From: Phycisphaeraceae bacterium
GTDB taxonomy: Bacteria; Planctomycetota; Phycisphaerae; Phycisphaerales; Phycisphaeraceae
DNA: 64,000 nucleotides
Direction: 5' to 3'
NCBI GenBank assembly: GCA_963674705.1
Contig: OY771506.1
Span: 2,016,001-2,080,000, forward strand
The translations under genes were made by a program, and so were the position numbers. This document shows, in pieces, positions 41,101 through 49,700 of the stretch. The notes beneath the pieces were generated by a model. That model worked only from the letters and a program-made list of their open reading frames with translations, had not been told where the DNA came from and did not search any database. The first letter of the stretch is position 1. Each line of letters opens with the position of its first letter.

Positions 41101-44100
41101 CAGATTGCGTTTATCATCGTATTGAAAGACAGTCCGGTTGCCGTTGCCGTCGGTCTGAGCAATCAGATTGTGCTGTTCATCATACTCACGGTACTCGATG
41201 GCTCCATCGCGCGTATTAGCGCGGATCATATCGCCGTTCTTATTCCAGAAGATCTTGCGGTAGAAACCGGCTTCGTTCCACGTTTCTGCATAACGGTTCA
41301 ACCAGCTGTATTGGAAGTAGAATGCATCGTTGTTGCTGTTGATGTGGTGAGATACCGTATCGTCCTTAAAGTAATAGATCTCCAAGTAATCCCCTGTCGG
41401 AAGGATCTGCTTGGACATGTTGTGGTTATTCAGGACATTGTCTTGATTCTTCAGGTACTCGTAGCGGTAGACATTGCCTTCGAGGTCCTTGAACCAGATC
41501 AGATCGTCGCCGTCGTAGCCGTATTGTGTTGACCGCCCGTTGTAATCAGTAACACGAATGACATGATCGTCGTCGTTGTATGTTAAGGTCAGGCTCCGGC
41601 CCAGTGGGTCGGTGATCCTTGTTATATTCAGATCTGTGTCGTATGTGAAGGTCAGGGTGTGATCTAGTGCGTCGGACTTCTCTTTCAGTTGTCCGTCGGC
41701 ATTGAACCGATAAACCCTGCCGTCGTTATGGTGAATGGCGTAGCCATTCGTGTATGTCGTATCGGGCTTGAGTTCGAAAGTCGAGCCTGGGGGGGCCTCA
41801 TATACACCACTGCCCTGATCTTCGAAACGATAGACCTTGCGACTCGCGTCCGAGTAGATAACGTGAGTGAGTTGGTTGTTTTCCGAATCCGTCAGGAAGG
41901 TCAATGTGTCTGCGTGGGACCATCCCCAGCCGAAGCCAAACGGGCCGTTATATAATATGGTACTGCCATACCGTCTGGTGACTTCCAGGGGCATGCCTCG
42001 GGATCGAATCATTAAATCGGCGGGTTCCTCAAGGTAAAATTCGCCGTTGAAAAGGTCGACGGGATCACCACCCGAGACGATTATCACATCGCGATTGGTG
42101 GTGTTGGATGTTTCGCTGGAGATATTCTGGATGTGAGTTGTGGTAGTACCGCTGGCGTTATCCTCTGTGACTGTCGACGCAGTGTAGTTTTTCTTCTGAA
42201 AGTCTGAAGATAAGTCAGGCGTCCCAAGGTTCGTATTGAGGGTAGTCGAGGAGGAGGTATTCAGGCGTGTAACGGTGTCATAGTCATACCAGGACCTACC
42301 GCCGTTGAACTGCCCGAAGAGCCAATTTGTTGATCCTTGTTCGGATTGGGTGATGCGAAGGTCGGATTCGACATACGGATTGCCTTCAGGGTCTTTATAC
42401 ACCACGAGGTCGGTGGGGGTCGTGGTGTTCACCCCGTCATAGCCGTGGAAAGTAAGGGAAATGGTGTCGACCCCAGTGGTGATTACGAAATCTCCAGAAG
42501 TACTTGCGTCGAGTAAGAGATTCCCATCGGCGTAACCCGCTTGGATTCCATCGATGGTGTCGTAGTAATCCTTTAACTCTTGAATGCGGTCCAGACTGAA
42601 GTCGACCTTGGCAACGAGCACGTCGCTGGTGATCGGATCGAATGCAACAAGTGCTGTATCGTTGTCGTACTTCCATTGCCCGGAGTCGAATACAACAGCA
42701 ATAAAGTGGTCGTTGTTGTTAGCGTTAGGCGGAGAGCTGTTAAAGCGTTCATGCACAGATTCGGCACTGTACATGATGTACCCCACCCCGGTAGCGGTGT
42801 CGCGTGCGGCGATAACGTTACTATGACTTAGTTTGTCCACACTGGTCGCAGTGGCAGTAACGTCGTTATAAATCTTTGCTTCAATTGCGAGCGCAGAATC
42901 AGTTTCGCCAGGGATAATACTCTGGATGTCAGCGAGTGATGTACCGCTGCCGATGGTTACTATATCGATGCCATCGCTAATAGCGGCAAACAGCCCTTCG
43001 ATCGTCCCAAGCGCAGGCGTCCCCTGCCAGTCTTCGAAGATAGCCGATTCATTGTACGATGCGGCGGTCCCCACAACAGTGCTTTGGAATAGAGCCAGTT
43101 CGTCACTGCCCTTGAAGATCTCCGGCGATGCGGCGTTACTCTTATAGACGTAACTGGACGCGAACAGTGCGTCGATCCGCCAGGCGGGGCTGACATGTCC
43201 AAAGCTCGCACTGTTGTACTGGCCGGTTGGAACACTATCTTCTTCATCCGGGTAGGTCCAGATCAATACCGCCATGCGATGTTCATTGAAGCCGGCATCA
43301 GGGAAAGTGTTGTTGACCGTCAGTTGGTAAGGCGAGTGATGAACGCGGTTAGTCCAAAGCAAGCTATCGAGCCGTCGTGCGTTGCGTTCGAATCGCTCGT
43401 TATAAGCCTCGGTCAGCAGGTCACTCACACGACCGAGGTATAGTTCGTATGTGTCTGGGCTGTTGTTGAAGGATAGTCGTGTTGCCAGCTCATCAAGCTC
43501 TTCTGCGACTTCATAGATTCGCTCGCGAGACGCGGCCAATGGATCGAGTGCGATGTTGACCAGGGCGTTAGGTCGTATGGATGGACGTTCTGTATAAGGG
43601 ACGGTGCCAAACCTGTAGCCGACGGTAAAGCTGTCGGAGAAAGTAACCGTCTCATCATAAGTTTTCTCTGCTGCTTCCAGGAAAGCGCCGGTACCAGAGT
43701 TCAGGATCTGGCCATCCAGTTTCAATCGTGGTGAGGCGGTGTTGTGTTCGGTGCTTTCAAGATCGGTATAGGTACCTGTATTGAAGTCAACAACTAAGCG
43801 TCGACCGGCGACCTGAGGGAGCATAACTCTGGTCTTAATCAGGTTGGCTTCTGCCAGGGTTGTATCTTTTGCATCCTTTACTTGAACGCCGTTTAAGGCT
43901 TTGTTGTAGACTCTAACATCATCGATTAGGCCCGAAAACCAGTTACCGCTACCGGTGGTTGTCGCGAAGGCGGTGCCGTTGAGTCGACCACCAAGGCCGC
44001 TCATAGTATCCGTGGTCCCATCAACACCTATCACATCTATCGGAAGAGTATTATGTGTATGGTGCACGCTTGCAACGGAATCTCCATCGAGTCTGATTCT

Positions 44101-46713
44101 AAGTAGGTCGCTATCATTGCCGCTTCCGTCGGGGTCACCGAACACAACTGCGACATGTACCCAATTAGTTGATGTATAGGCTGCCGAAACAGTTGTGCGC
44201 TTTGTCCAGATACCGCTGATGTCTAGAATCTGAGTTGCGACGACGGCTTCAATATTGCCATTGTTAATTCGGATTGCTAGGCCAGCATCCGTCCCACCTT
44301 CGTCATAGAGTACCTGGTTGCCGTAAGTGGAATCGGCCTTGACCCACATCATGACGGTTCGGGTATTAAATCCATCGTTGATGAAGTTTGAATTATCAAG
44401 CTTGACATGATCTCCGGAGTTATTAAGTCGTAGTGCCCCCCCGACGACACCTTCGTCGGGGGCCCATTCGGGGCTGTTGGGTACATCTTCGGTGTTGTCG
44501 ATTACACCGTTCCACCGGCCATTGGTTGGGTCTTTGATTCCGGAGCCATTCACGTAGTCTCCGAACTCTTCATCCATGCGCCAACGGCCTTCAAGGCCCA
44601 GATCATATTCAGCTTGGAGATAGGTGCCGGAACTTTTTCGTAGATTCAGATCGGATATAGCCCGCATCTCGTCGCCGAGAACGAGTGGGTCTGATGCTTC
44701 GGTGACATCGTTGATGTACAGGTCGGGGTCGCTGTCGGATACCGAGCTGCGATCGACCAGGCTGCTCAAGAATGTTGTGGGGGTATGTCCATTGGGGACA
44801 TTCTCGACAGTGACTTCACGCGGGACATCTTTGATCGAGGTGTTCGTCGGATGGCAGCTGGCAAGATAATCTGATATTTTCGCTTCCAGAAATTCGATTG
44901 CGCTTAGCTGAGTGTGTGCATCGAAAGGATCGGCATCCGAATCATCGTATACGGGCTGCAAGTAGTTGCGTGTGTCATCAAGGTCTTCATTCAATCCGAG
45001 GCGATTGATGTCGGCCTCGGTCAAAGCACTGTCGTAGACGCGGACGTCGTCAATATAGCCTATGAAGTTGGAAGCGGCTCCAGAAGAGGCAGATTGTGCT
45101 GCACTATTACCGCTCACATCGCCTGACACCCTCACAAATGAGCTTGCCCCACCGATGACGGTTCTCGGGGAGAGATATTGATTTTCTATGTTGCCATTTG
45201 TCATGTTGCGGTCGGGGTGGATGACCGAACACGCTTTTGAACCCAAGAGGGTTCCGTCCAGGTAAGCCCGCATGTTTGTGTTCGAAGATACATAAGGTGA
45301 CTCTGCATCGATCACCAGAACAACGTGGTGCCACAATCCGTCACAATTTTCTAAGCCAGCATAATTTTCCTTTACGATCCATTTCCCATACTGCGCCACC
45401 GTACTCCCATCAGCCGATCCATCCTGATCGAGATCGGTGTTATATGTGCCGATGTATAGATCACTATTCTTGAGATAGATTGATATACCCGAGGTGACAA
45501 TGCCTTGGGTGAACAGCATTTCTTCCTTGCCAGTATTGTCGTAGGCTTCGTCCTTGAACCATAACGATATGGTTCGTTTAGTAAATGAAGAATCGTTAAG
45601 CCGAGAGTGATTGCGGATAAGGAACCTTGTACTGCTTACGGATGGAAGATGTAATACGTTAAGTCCATTTGGATTATTTGTTGGGTCTGAAGGAGCGGCC
45701 GGCCTGGTAGTATCTTCGGCATATCCGGCGTTAACCGCGGTCCCGTTGTTGATACCTTGCGTGTCATTACTGTTGTTGTTGAAGTCCCATCGTGCGATAA
45801 GGTTATTGTTAGTGATCTTCAACTCGCTTGGGATGAGTACGTCATCGCCTTCGCCGAGCGGCGCGATGTCGATCCCACCGGTGATGTGAAGGTCCTTGTG
45901 CCAGGGGGCGAGTGTGATCCATGCCCGGTTAGGTGAATCGAGTTCGGTGTCGCTCTGCTGTGGGTACGGCGAGGCCGGCAGCCAAGCCTGGACTAATACC
46001 AGTTCTTTTTTGGTGTCGGCAATACCCTCGACACTCTCGTAGGTCCGGCCCACGGCGTAACGAGCGGGTATACCGGACATCCGGTAAAGCGTGATAAGCA
46101 GACTGCATTGGTCCCACTCGTTGCCTCGACGTGTCCGGTAGGTTGCAAGCGATCCCTTCCTGGACAAGGCGTAGTCTTCGAATTCGACGTTGGTGTAGAC
46201 CCACTCGTAGATCTTGGATGGGTCATAGTCCAGAGTTTTCGCGAGTTCAGCGAGCTCTTCATGGAATTGTGTTTCCAGTGTAGGCGATAAGCCTTCGAGG
46301 GGTAGGTAGCTGGGCAGGGAGGTCTCGCCAGTGACATCAGTCAGGCGTTCGATAAGGTCCACCGTAGAGCTGTCGCCGTAGCCGTTCTGAGTGGTCCAGT
46401 CGGTGGCTAACGCGAGGGCAAGATTGAAATCCTGCATGCGCGTTTGGCCGTCATCGGAGGAATCACGATCAGCACCCGTAAGAAACTCTTGCAGGTCGGT
46501 GACACCATCTCCGTCTTCATCGGCTCCGGGATTGGCAAGCATTTCTGTGAAGGTATCGTACAGGCCCGACTGATAAGTATTAATGTCTGTGCTGTACCCC
46601 AATGCAGGCCCGTCCAAATCAGTGCTGGGCAATACCGGGGCGATGAACTGGCCAAGCGCATTGGTTGCCAGGAAAATTGTTACTAAGGCGGCGATAAATG
46701 GGGTTTTAGTCAT
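35116..46713 (-). CDS. Giant Sec-exported RHS/YD-repeat polymorphic toxin: transglutaminase-like, 2x LamG, RHS cage, C-terminal PD-(D/E)XK nuclease
   Basis: Signal MTKTPFIAALVTIFLATNALG; GIPARY; LamG motifs; GDPVDLFNGEF; many YDxxGR repeats; core PYGFTGRRYD...RMYSSTLGRFLQRDP...NNPLMYVDPSG; tip E...RRYD...IEVKSG...Q. Confidence 0.93.
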   Translation of the reverse strand: MTKTPFIAALVTIFLATNALGQFIAPVLPSTDLDGPALGYSTDINTYQSGLYDTFTEMLANPGADEDGDGVTDLQEFLTGADRDSSDDGQTRMQDFNLALALATDWTTQNGYGDSSTVDLIERLTDVTGETSLPSYLPLEGLSPTLETQFHEELAELAKTLDYDPSKIYEWVYTNVEFEDYALSRKGSLATYRTRRGNEWDQCSLLITLYRMSGIPARYAVGRTYESVEGIADTKKELVLVQAWLPASPYPQQSDTELDSPNRAWITLAPWHKDLHITGGIDIAPLGEGDDVLIPSELKITNNNLIARWDFNNNSNDTQGINNGTAVNAGYAEDTTRPAAPSDPTNNPNGLNVLHLPSVSSTRFLIRNHSRLNDSSFTKRTISLWFKDEAYDNTGKEEMLFTQGIVTSGISIYLKNSDLYIGTYNTDLDQDGSADGSTVAQYGKWIVKENYAGLENCDGLWHHVVLVIDAESPYVSSNTNMRAYLDGTLLGSKACSVIHPDRNMTNGNIENQYLSPRTVIGGASSFVRVSGDVSGNSAAQSASSGAASNFIGYIDDVRVYDSALTEADINRLGLNEDLDDTRNYLQPVYDDSDADPFDAHTQLSAIEFLEAKISDYLASCHPTNTSIKDVPREVTVENVPNGHTPTTFLSSLVDRSSVSDSDPDLYINDVTEASDPLVLGDEMRAISDLNLRKSSGTYLQAEYDLGLEGRWRMDEEFGDYVNGSGIKDPTNGRWNGVIDNTEDVPNSPEWAPDEGVVGGALRLNNSGDHVKLDNSNFINDGFNTRTVMMWVKADSTYGNQVLYDEGGTDAGLAIRINNGNIEAVVATQILDISGIWTKRTTVSAAYTSTNWVHVAVVFGDPDGSGNDSDLLRIRLDGDSVASVHHTHNTLPIDVIGVDGTTDTMSGLGGRLNGTAFATTTGSGNWFSGLIDDVRVYNKALNGVQVKDAKDTTLAEANLIKTRVMLPQVAGRRLVVDFNTGTYTDLESTEHNTASPRLKLDGQILNSGTGAFLEAAEKTYDETVTFSDSFTVGYRFGTVPYTERPSIRPNALVNIALDPLAASRERIYEVAEELDELATRLSFNNSPDTYELYLGRVSDLLTEAYNERFERNARRLDSLLWTNRVHHSPYQLTVNNTFPDAGFNEHRMAVLIWTYPDEEDSVPTGQYNSASFGHVSPAWRIDALFASSYVYKSNAASPEIFKGSDELALFQSTVVGTAASYNESAIFEDWQGTPALGTIEGLFAAISDGIDIVTIGSGTSLADIQSIIPGETDSALAIEAKIYNDVTATATSVDKLSHSNVIAARDTATGVGYIMYSAESVHERFNSSPPNANNNDHFIAVVFDSGQWKYDNDTALVAFDPITSDVLVAKVDFSLDRIQELKDYYDTIDGIQAGYADGNLLLDASTSGDFVITTGVDTISLTFHGYDGVNTTTPTDLVVYKDPEGNPYVESDLRITQSEQGSTNWLFGQFNGGRSWYDYDTVTRLNTSSSTTLNTNLGTPDLSSDFQKKNYTASTVTEDNASGTTTTHIQNISSETSNTTNRDVIIVSGGDPVDLFNGEFYLEEPADLMIRSRGMPLEVTRRYGSTILYNGPFGFGWGWSHADTLTFLTDSENNQLTHVIYSDASRKVYRFEDQGSGVYEAPPGSTFELKPDTTYTNGYAIHHNDGRVYRFNADGQLKEKSDALDHTLTFTYDTDLNITRITDPLGRSLTLTYNDDDHVIRVTDYNGRSTQYGYDGDDLIWFKDLEGNVYRYEYLKNQDNVLNNHNMSKQILPTGDYLEIYYFKDDTVSHHINSNNDAFYFQYSWLNRYAETWNEAGFYRKIFWNKNGDMIRANTRDGAIEYREYDEQHNLIAQTDGNGNRTVFQYDDKRNLISFTTPEGDTQATIYNDENRPEYQYTQVDEIEHDGGDDYHIDVLETYLEYNSSDPGIDILVDKRHIGIYVKELIVDADGVPVLNGNGELQFTGNFSASLDSEKHTTEYDYDKYGNLIMLTEKIRQYDGSGSDLDNAVTEYFYDIHGLNNVRTKDPLGRFTNYTYDDFGRVIATTDPDGNTTQVELNAYGQPTRLVDAAGGVTINEYDENRRLVKTKNPLEAVSSITYTTPFYGRNFERIATQTDPLGHVTSYEYDAVGDRIATTDANGNTTTFKYDELNRLIQTTNALGDKVRNRYDGAGNLTETTAIADGEERTTRFTYDKANGLIRRWETWGDQRATEFEYDERGNLTLETIGYYGENNTSESPVFVESLSTEYVYNRLNRKIKTISNSDDPNSHNIRTIEYEHDSLGRLREERIKGATVVNQTTGTPSASDYLSRTTYTYDEAGNLTDEMMFAWDPDAGPAAWETVPESHVHYDYDDRNLRIKTTLKDTKLASYATDPTSAASDFRTTEVTYDALGRIKTSSITVNHVDGVSSAVHKTVKDYDAAGNLVRTRYLIDGFENSYTRKTEFAYNKRNELIASTNALGHTRTFTYDGNGNQISATDEEGFTTYASYDALSRQVSTRDALGYTTTYEYDGFGNQIASVSPLGERTTLEYNENNQVVEQYTPLHNEGLLTVPVELQYDGYGRLTQTVDARSNEQNYTTYNDFGEPYKVTQYVKLLDDQNQSEPEIITAYDGLGRALSIKDPKGIITRMTYDVLGRTLTVTQAESTSEEVTTQYEYDPVGNVIQEVRALNTSDEFTTTYEYDELNRLIKTIVGDPSGTNLTSTTAYDDDTNTVTSEDPYGVTATTYADAAGQRIKTELGGIETASWKYDRRGLIIKSDTPNDAPTVFEYDARGQLTRLIEAPGSVIEAITRFEYDANGRQTRVTDANGNITQKDYDANGRVVRTIEALGETEESITKFRYDPNGNLLAVIDGNHISEAGEYRVAIDTDEDDEEAVRYTYDELNRVTYTYDYGPSDLSNREVQTVRYDLNGNAEITTLRDGTEITRTYDNLNRVEAVEDTTGIAVPLQEFEYDKLSRITTASDTNAGLSTPVTYNVDLDYDFAGRTFEEVSYVGTTRAHAVKTTYSAGTSPDSRIITKDLYADYTPQTPTISRTITYKENMRGLLSKVESMGVTDTRYTYNNSGRLTSQVLGSDTLGHTLQLTYDSRGRESERRYDRNANPTTNSFRQVTTYDAIGNIKTEAITDYIGGSTPITDYYDYDELHRLTRKGPSGTPNASNDTEWDHDKVGNWSNTDQNGSVENYVVSGNNEYTAIGAGAPSTNRHYDDRGNLIYIGANQSSPANDDLLYTYDWANRLVKAEQYDAAGAGTWRLQAEYAYDALNRRVAMRKGSSGSLHFYVYDGSRVVMDLYDPDGTGLPTLIIHAKSYAYNSYVDSPAFLINEEHVYDEKLYYFQDRRYSVVALASWTGDVTERSRYQPFGGMTAFINYGGSWTTRTSLSQPNISIVGNPYGFTGRRYDPETDPTGNTAVVSEGLWHYRNRMYSSTLGRFLQRDPAGYVDGYNLYAYVMNNPLMYVDPSGFGGKLIGAGLANAILNDPARESPEYWKKQDEYARPSEALFKNFGHDWDSKDYKDYTVTRETVLRGVVAGFLMQTSPSLAQEPYAHEFGYQTLDIYTSKSYMSNVYVASPRIADSIVLVGELPSNLYDIHNEFFQDPLSSIPVLSDTYFDLGISYYAGAGNAIENTGRGAWNLLATIANNSSSQAQMNAMMGYGLPTVENRYWAGDYGITDKYFSASLQVDAFQLATETMGGEAIGAWVFRGSGLVDDGLRLTDDMMTVDNVVTRIDGQWTKVDNALDTSGSIGVRPAKTTRVYPDGSIRTPDGKFASVRGAAPPGTPGEKLVVQGLRDQGVNVVGEQVTVRGLVSTRRYDAVVLDSKGRLWGIEVKSGTASKTPLQRLNDIHVQHTRDAVILGDGPLAGQKIFGVQTIYVK

Positions 46714-46786
46714 TGTTCACACATCCTGCGGATGGGGCGTTGTTGTATCGAGATTCGCAGTGATCAAATCGTTGTGTTTAGGTGTA

Positions 46787-49700
46787 TCAAGGCCTTACGA
46801 CAGGCGTTGTGATCCACTCGATGGCGGCGTCAAGCAGCGCCTTGCCTTCATCGGTAAGGGCATCGGCGTTGCTGTTAACGAAGCAACCCAGGCGTCTGGC
46901 GGGTGCGGTAAGACCACCGACCATGGGGTCTCCAGTTTCATATATGAAGATCGTGGCAACGGTGTTGTCGCTCTCGAGCGTTGCGATATAGCTGCGGTTG
47001 TTGACCGGCTTTGCCCAGGTTATGGAATATGTGCTATCAAAAACCTCGCCTAAATTGCTGATACCCGCGGCAAGCGGATGATCTGTTGCGAGAATACTGA
47101 TTGTGTCTTGGCTTGAGGCGATTCCGGCGTCGGCGTCGGTTCCAGTTTCGGTGGTTTCCGGGCCCGCCATAGCCATGTCATGGTAGAGATAGGCCGAGCA
47201 AACGATCACCGGGATAGGAACATCTCTGATCTGGGTACCGAGTGTGGCGTGATCGATATCACCAGTAACCAGGATCAGTTGATAGTCATATACTTGGGAG
47301 GGATTAAATGTGGAAGCGGTCTTTTCGGTCACGGTGTAACCACGTCTTTCCATTAATGCTCCAAGTGCGCTCACGTTGTTGCCATTTGCGCCATGCAAGA
47401 GCAAGGCCTGTCTGTCGGCCATGGCTTCAAGACACAGCGCGGTCAGGAAAGGATCATCTTCCCAACTGCCGTTGGGCTGTTGCTGGTCGCGTAAGTAATA
47501 TTTTGCGGCATCTCGTGCCGTATCTGTTATTGGCAGAGCAAGCATAACACCGGCGGTGTCCAGGATATTTCCGCCATATGAGCCATCGACTTCCGGTGTA
47601 ATCCAGCTATACACCGGTGAGGTGATGGGGTGGTGCTGATTGGTGGCTTTGTAAACCAAGGCCGACACGTAGATACTGTCGCTGTTCCGTGGGATCCAAC
47701 CGTATCGGTTCGTACCGACGATAGATTGAATCGTTGTATCTGCAGTCGTATCCGCCAGAAAGTCTGTGATGTCTTCCAGCCCCAGGGTATCGTAGCTTGC
47801 TGTATGTCGGGCGATTGCGCCAAGCGCGGTATGTAGCGGGTCTGGGTAATAATTGCGTTGGATTCCCCATCCCTGCAGGTCATCGCCTGACTTGTTTGCG
47901 CGGAACTCGAGCTTGGTATGGATGGCATGCGTATGCCAGCGATAACGTTGTAGCGTCTCGGCTGAACGTGCGATGGCATCGTTATTGTCTTCGAAGTGAC
48001 CGGCGATATAAGCCAAGCCTCGATTAATGATGTCTGGATGATTCTCAGTTACACCGTTTACACGCCCAAGCGCGTTGAGAGCTTGTGATGTGGCTACGAT
48101 ACGGCTGGTGTTGTCCCCATCCCAGCAACCTGATTCATCCTGGTTAGCGATCAGCCATCGGGTAGCACGTTTCACGACTATGTCATAGTCGATTGTGGGC
48201 TCATTGGCAGGGGGTAGGGCGGTGGTGACCTCGGAAAGATTTGAGATCACACTTTCGTTTCCGTCAGCTGTGGTGATGGTCACGCCGTACCAAGCTGTTG
48301 TGCCCGGGGTGGTGTCATTATCGGTGTACTCGGTGGTTTCGTGCGAAACCCCGTCTGTGCTTCCGGTAAGCCTCAGATAATGAGGCGGCGGATAATCATT
48401 TTCCAAGCTGTCTTTCAGACGCTTGATATCAACGGGATTGATGGCACGGTAGATGTGGTACCCGATGATGGGTGTTGTGTAACCGGCGCTTGGTACCCAG
48501 TTGTCCCAGGTGCAATCAATATATCTGGTGCTTTGGTTATAACTGGCTAGGAATCCAGAAATTGGATGTAGCTCATCCCCGAATTGGTAGTATACCTGCC
48601 CGACAGGACCGACATTACCGGCATTATCAGTGGCTTTAAATGCTAGCACGGTAGATTTATTGATGTCGATGGCGCCAGTGTAGTTGATCCAGGTTCCACT
48701 ACCGTCTAACTCGTACACGATATTCGTCGGCTGGACATCGTCGTTCGATGTGAGTGTGACGCTGATTGAATCCTCAGATACGCGTCCGCCTGGACGTGAG
48801 GCCGTAACAACCGGGGGCGAGGCATCAACGGTGAAGAAGATTTCGTACACGGTCGCGGGTATGCTATCAGTGGTATCATTATCGAGCGATACGGTGTAGA
48901 CATGTGTAATACCTGACAAGTATTGACTCTCATCGACTGCAGCAGGATCGTTACCGTCCATCGGGTCGATAGCTATTTCGATACCGTTCGTGCTGATGTA
49001 GGCACGATCTGTGATTTCTTTGCCGAACCGATCGGTGATGATGATCTCATGGTTACTACCGCTTGTATTCAGGCCCTGTGTGTTGATGGTCAGTCGTAAT
49101 CCGTAGTTATCATCCTGAACCGAATCATATGAAACAGGTGCTGGAACAGTTGATGCCTGCAATGGGTACATGGGGCTTACAATCTGCGGTAGTCCGTCAG
49201 CAACAGTGGGATCAGTACCGTCAAATAATTCTTGATAATCGCTGATCAGGTCGCCGTCGGTATCAAGACTAGATGAATCAGAGCCTATGGTGTCGAGATT
49301 GCCGTAGTACAAGAGCTCTTTCCAGTCCTCGATCTGAGTTTCCACTTCACCTGGAAGGGTAAATGTGTCATTGTCTGTATTCGCGGGGGTTGAGCCGAGT
49401 ACTTCGTCTGGGGTGTTGTCGACGTTGTAGATATCGATCGTAATGGGATCGGTGTCGTAGGTATTGCTGTCATCATCGGTCACCCGGATCGCCAGTGTGT
49501 GCTTACCGGGAGCGAGGTCTGTGGATAAGATCACGTAGTATGCCGGTGTATTGCTGTATTCACCGAGGTTCGTTTCGTATTCGTCTCCGTCGACCAGCAG
49601 CTTGACCGCACCGATGTTGGCTACGCCTTGCGGATCAAAGGGTAGGGCAAAGACGGTAATATCTTGTCCGTAGGCAAATGAGTCTTGGTCCCGCGGGCTG

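Noticed and set aside
35116..46713. T6SS effector or Tc toxin call for the RHS protein
   Set aside because: It has a Sec-type signal peptide, no PAAR/VgrG/SpvB domain was recognised, and no T6SS or Tc genes are nearby.
47400..48180. Squalene-hopene cyclase or alpha-2-macroglobulin call
   Set aside because: Only QxxxGxW-type repeats are seen; there is no DxDD catalytic motif and no GCxEQ thioester.
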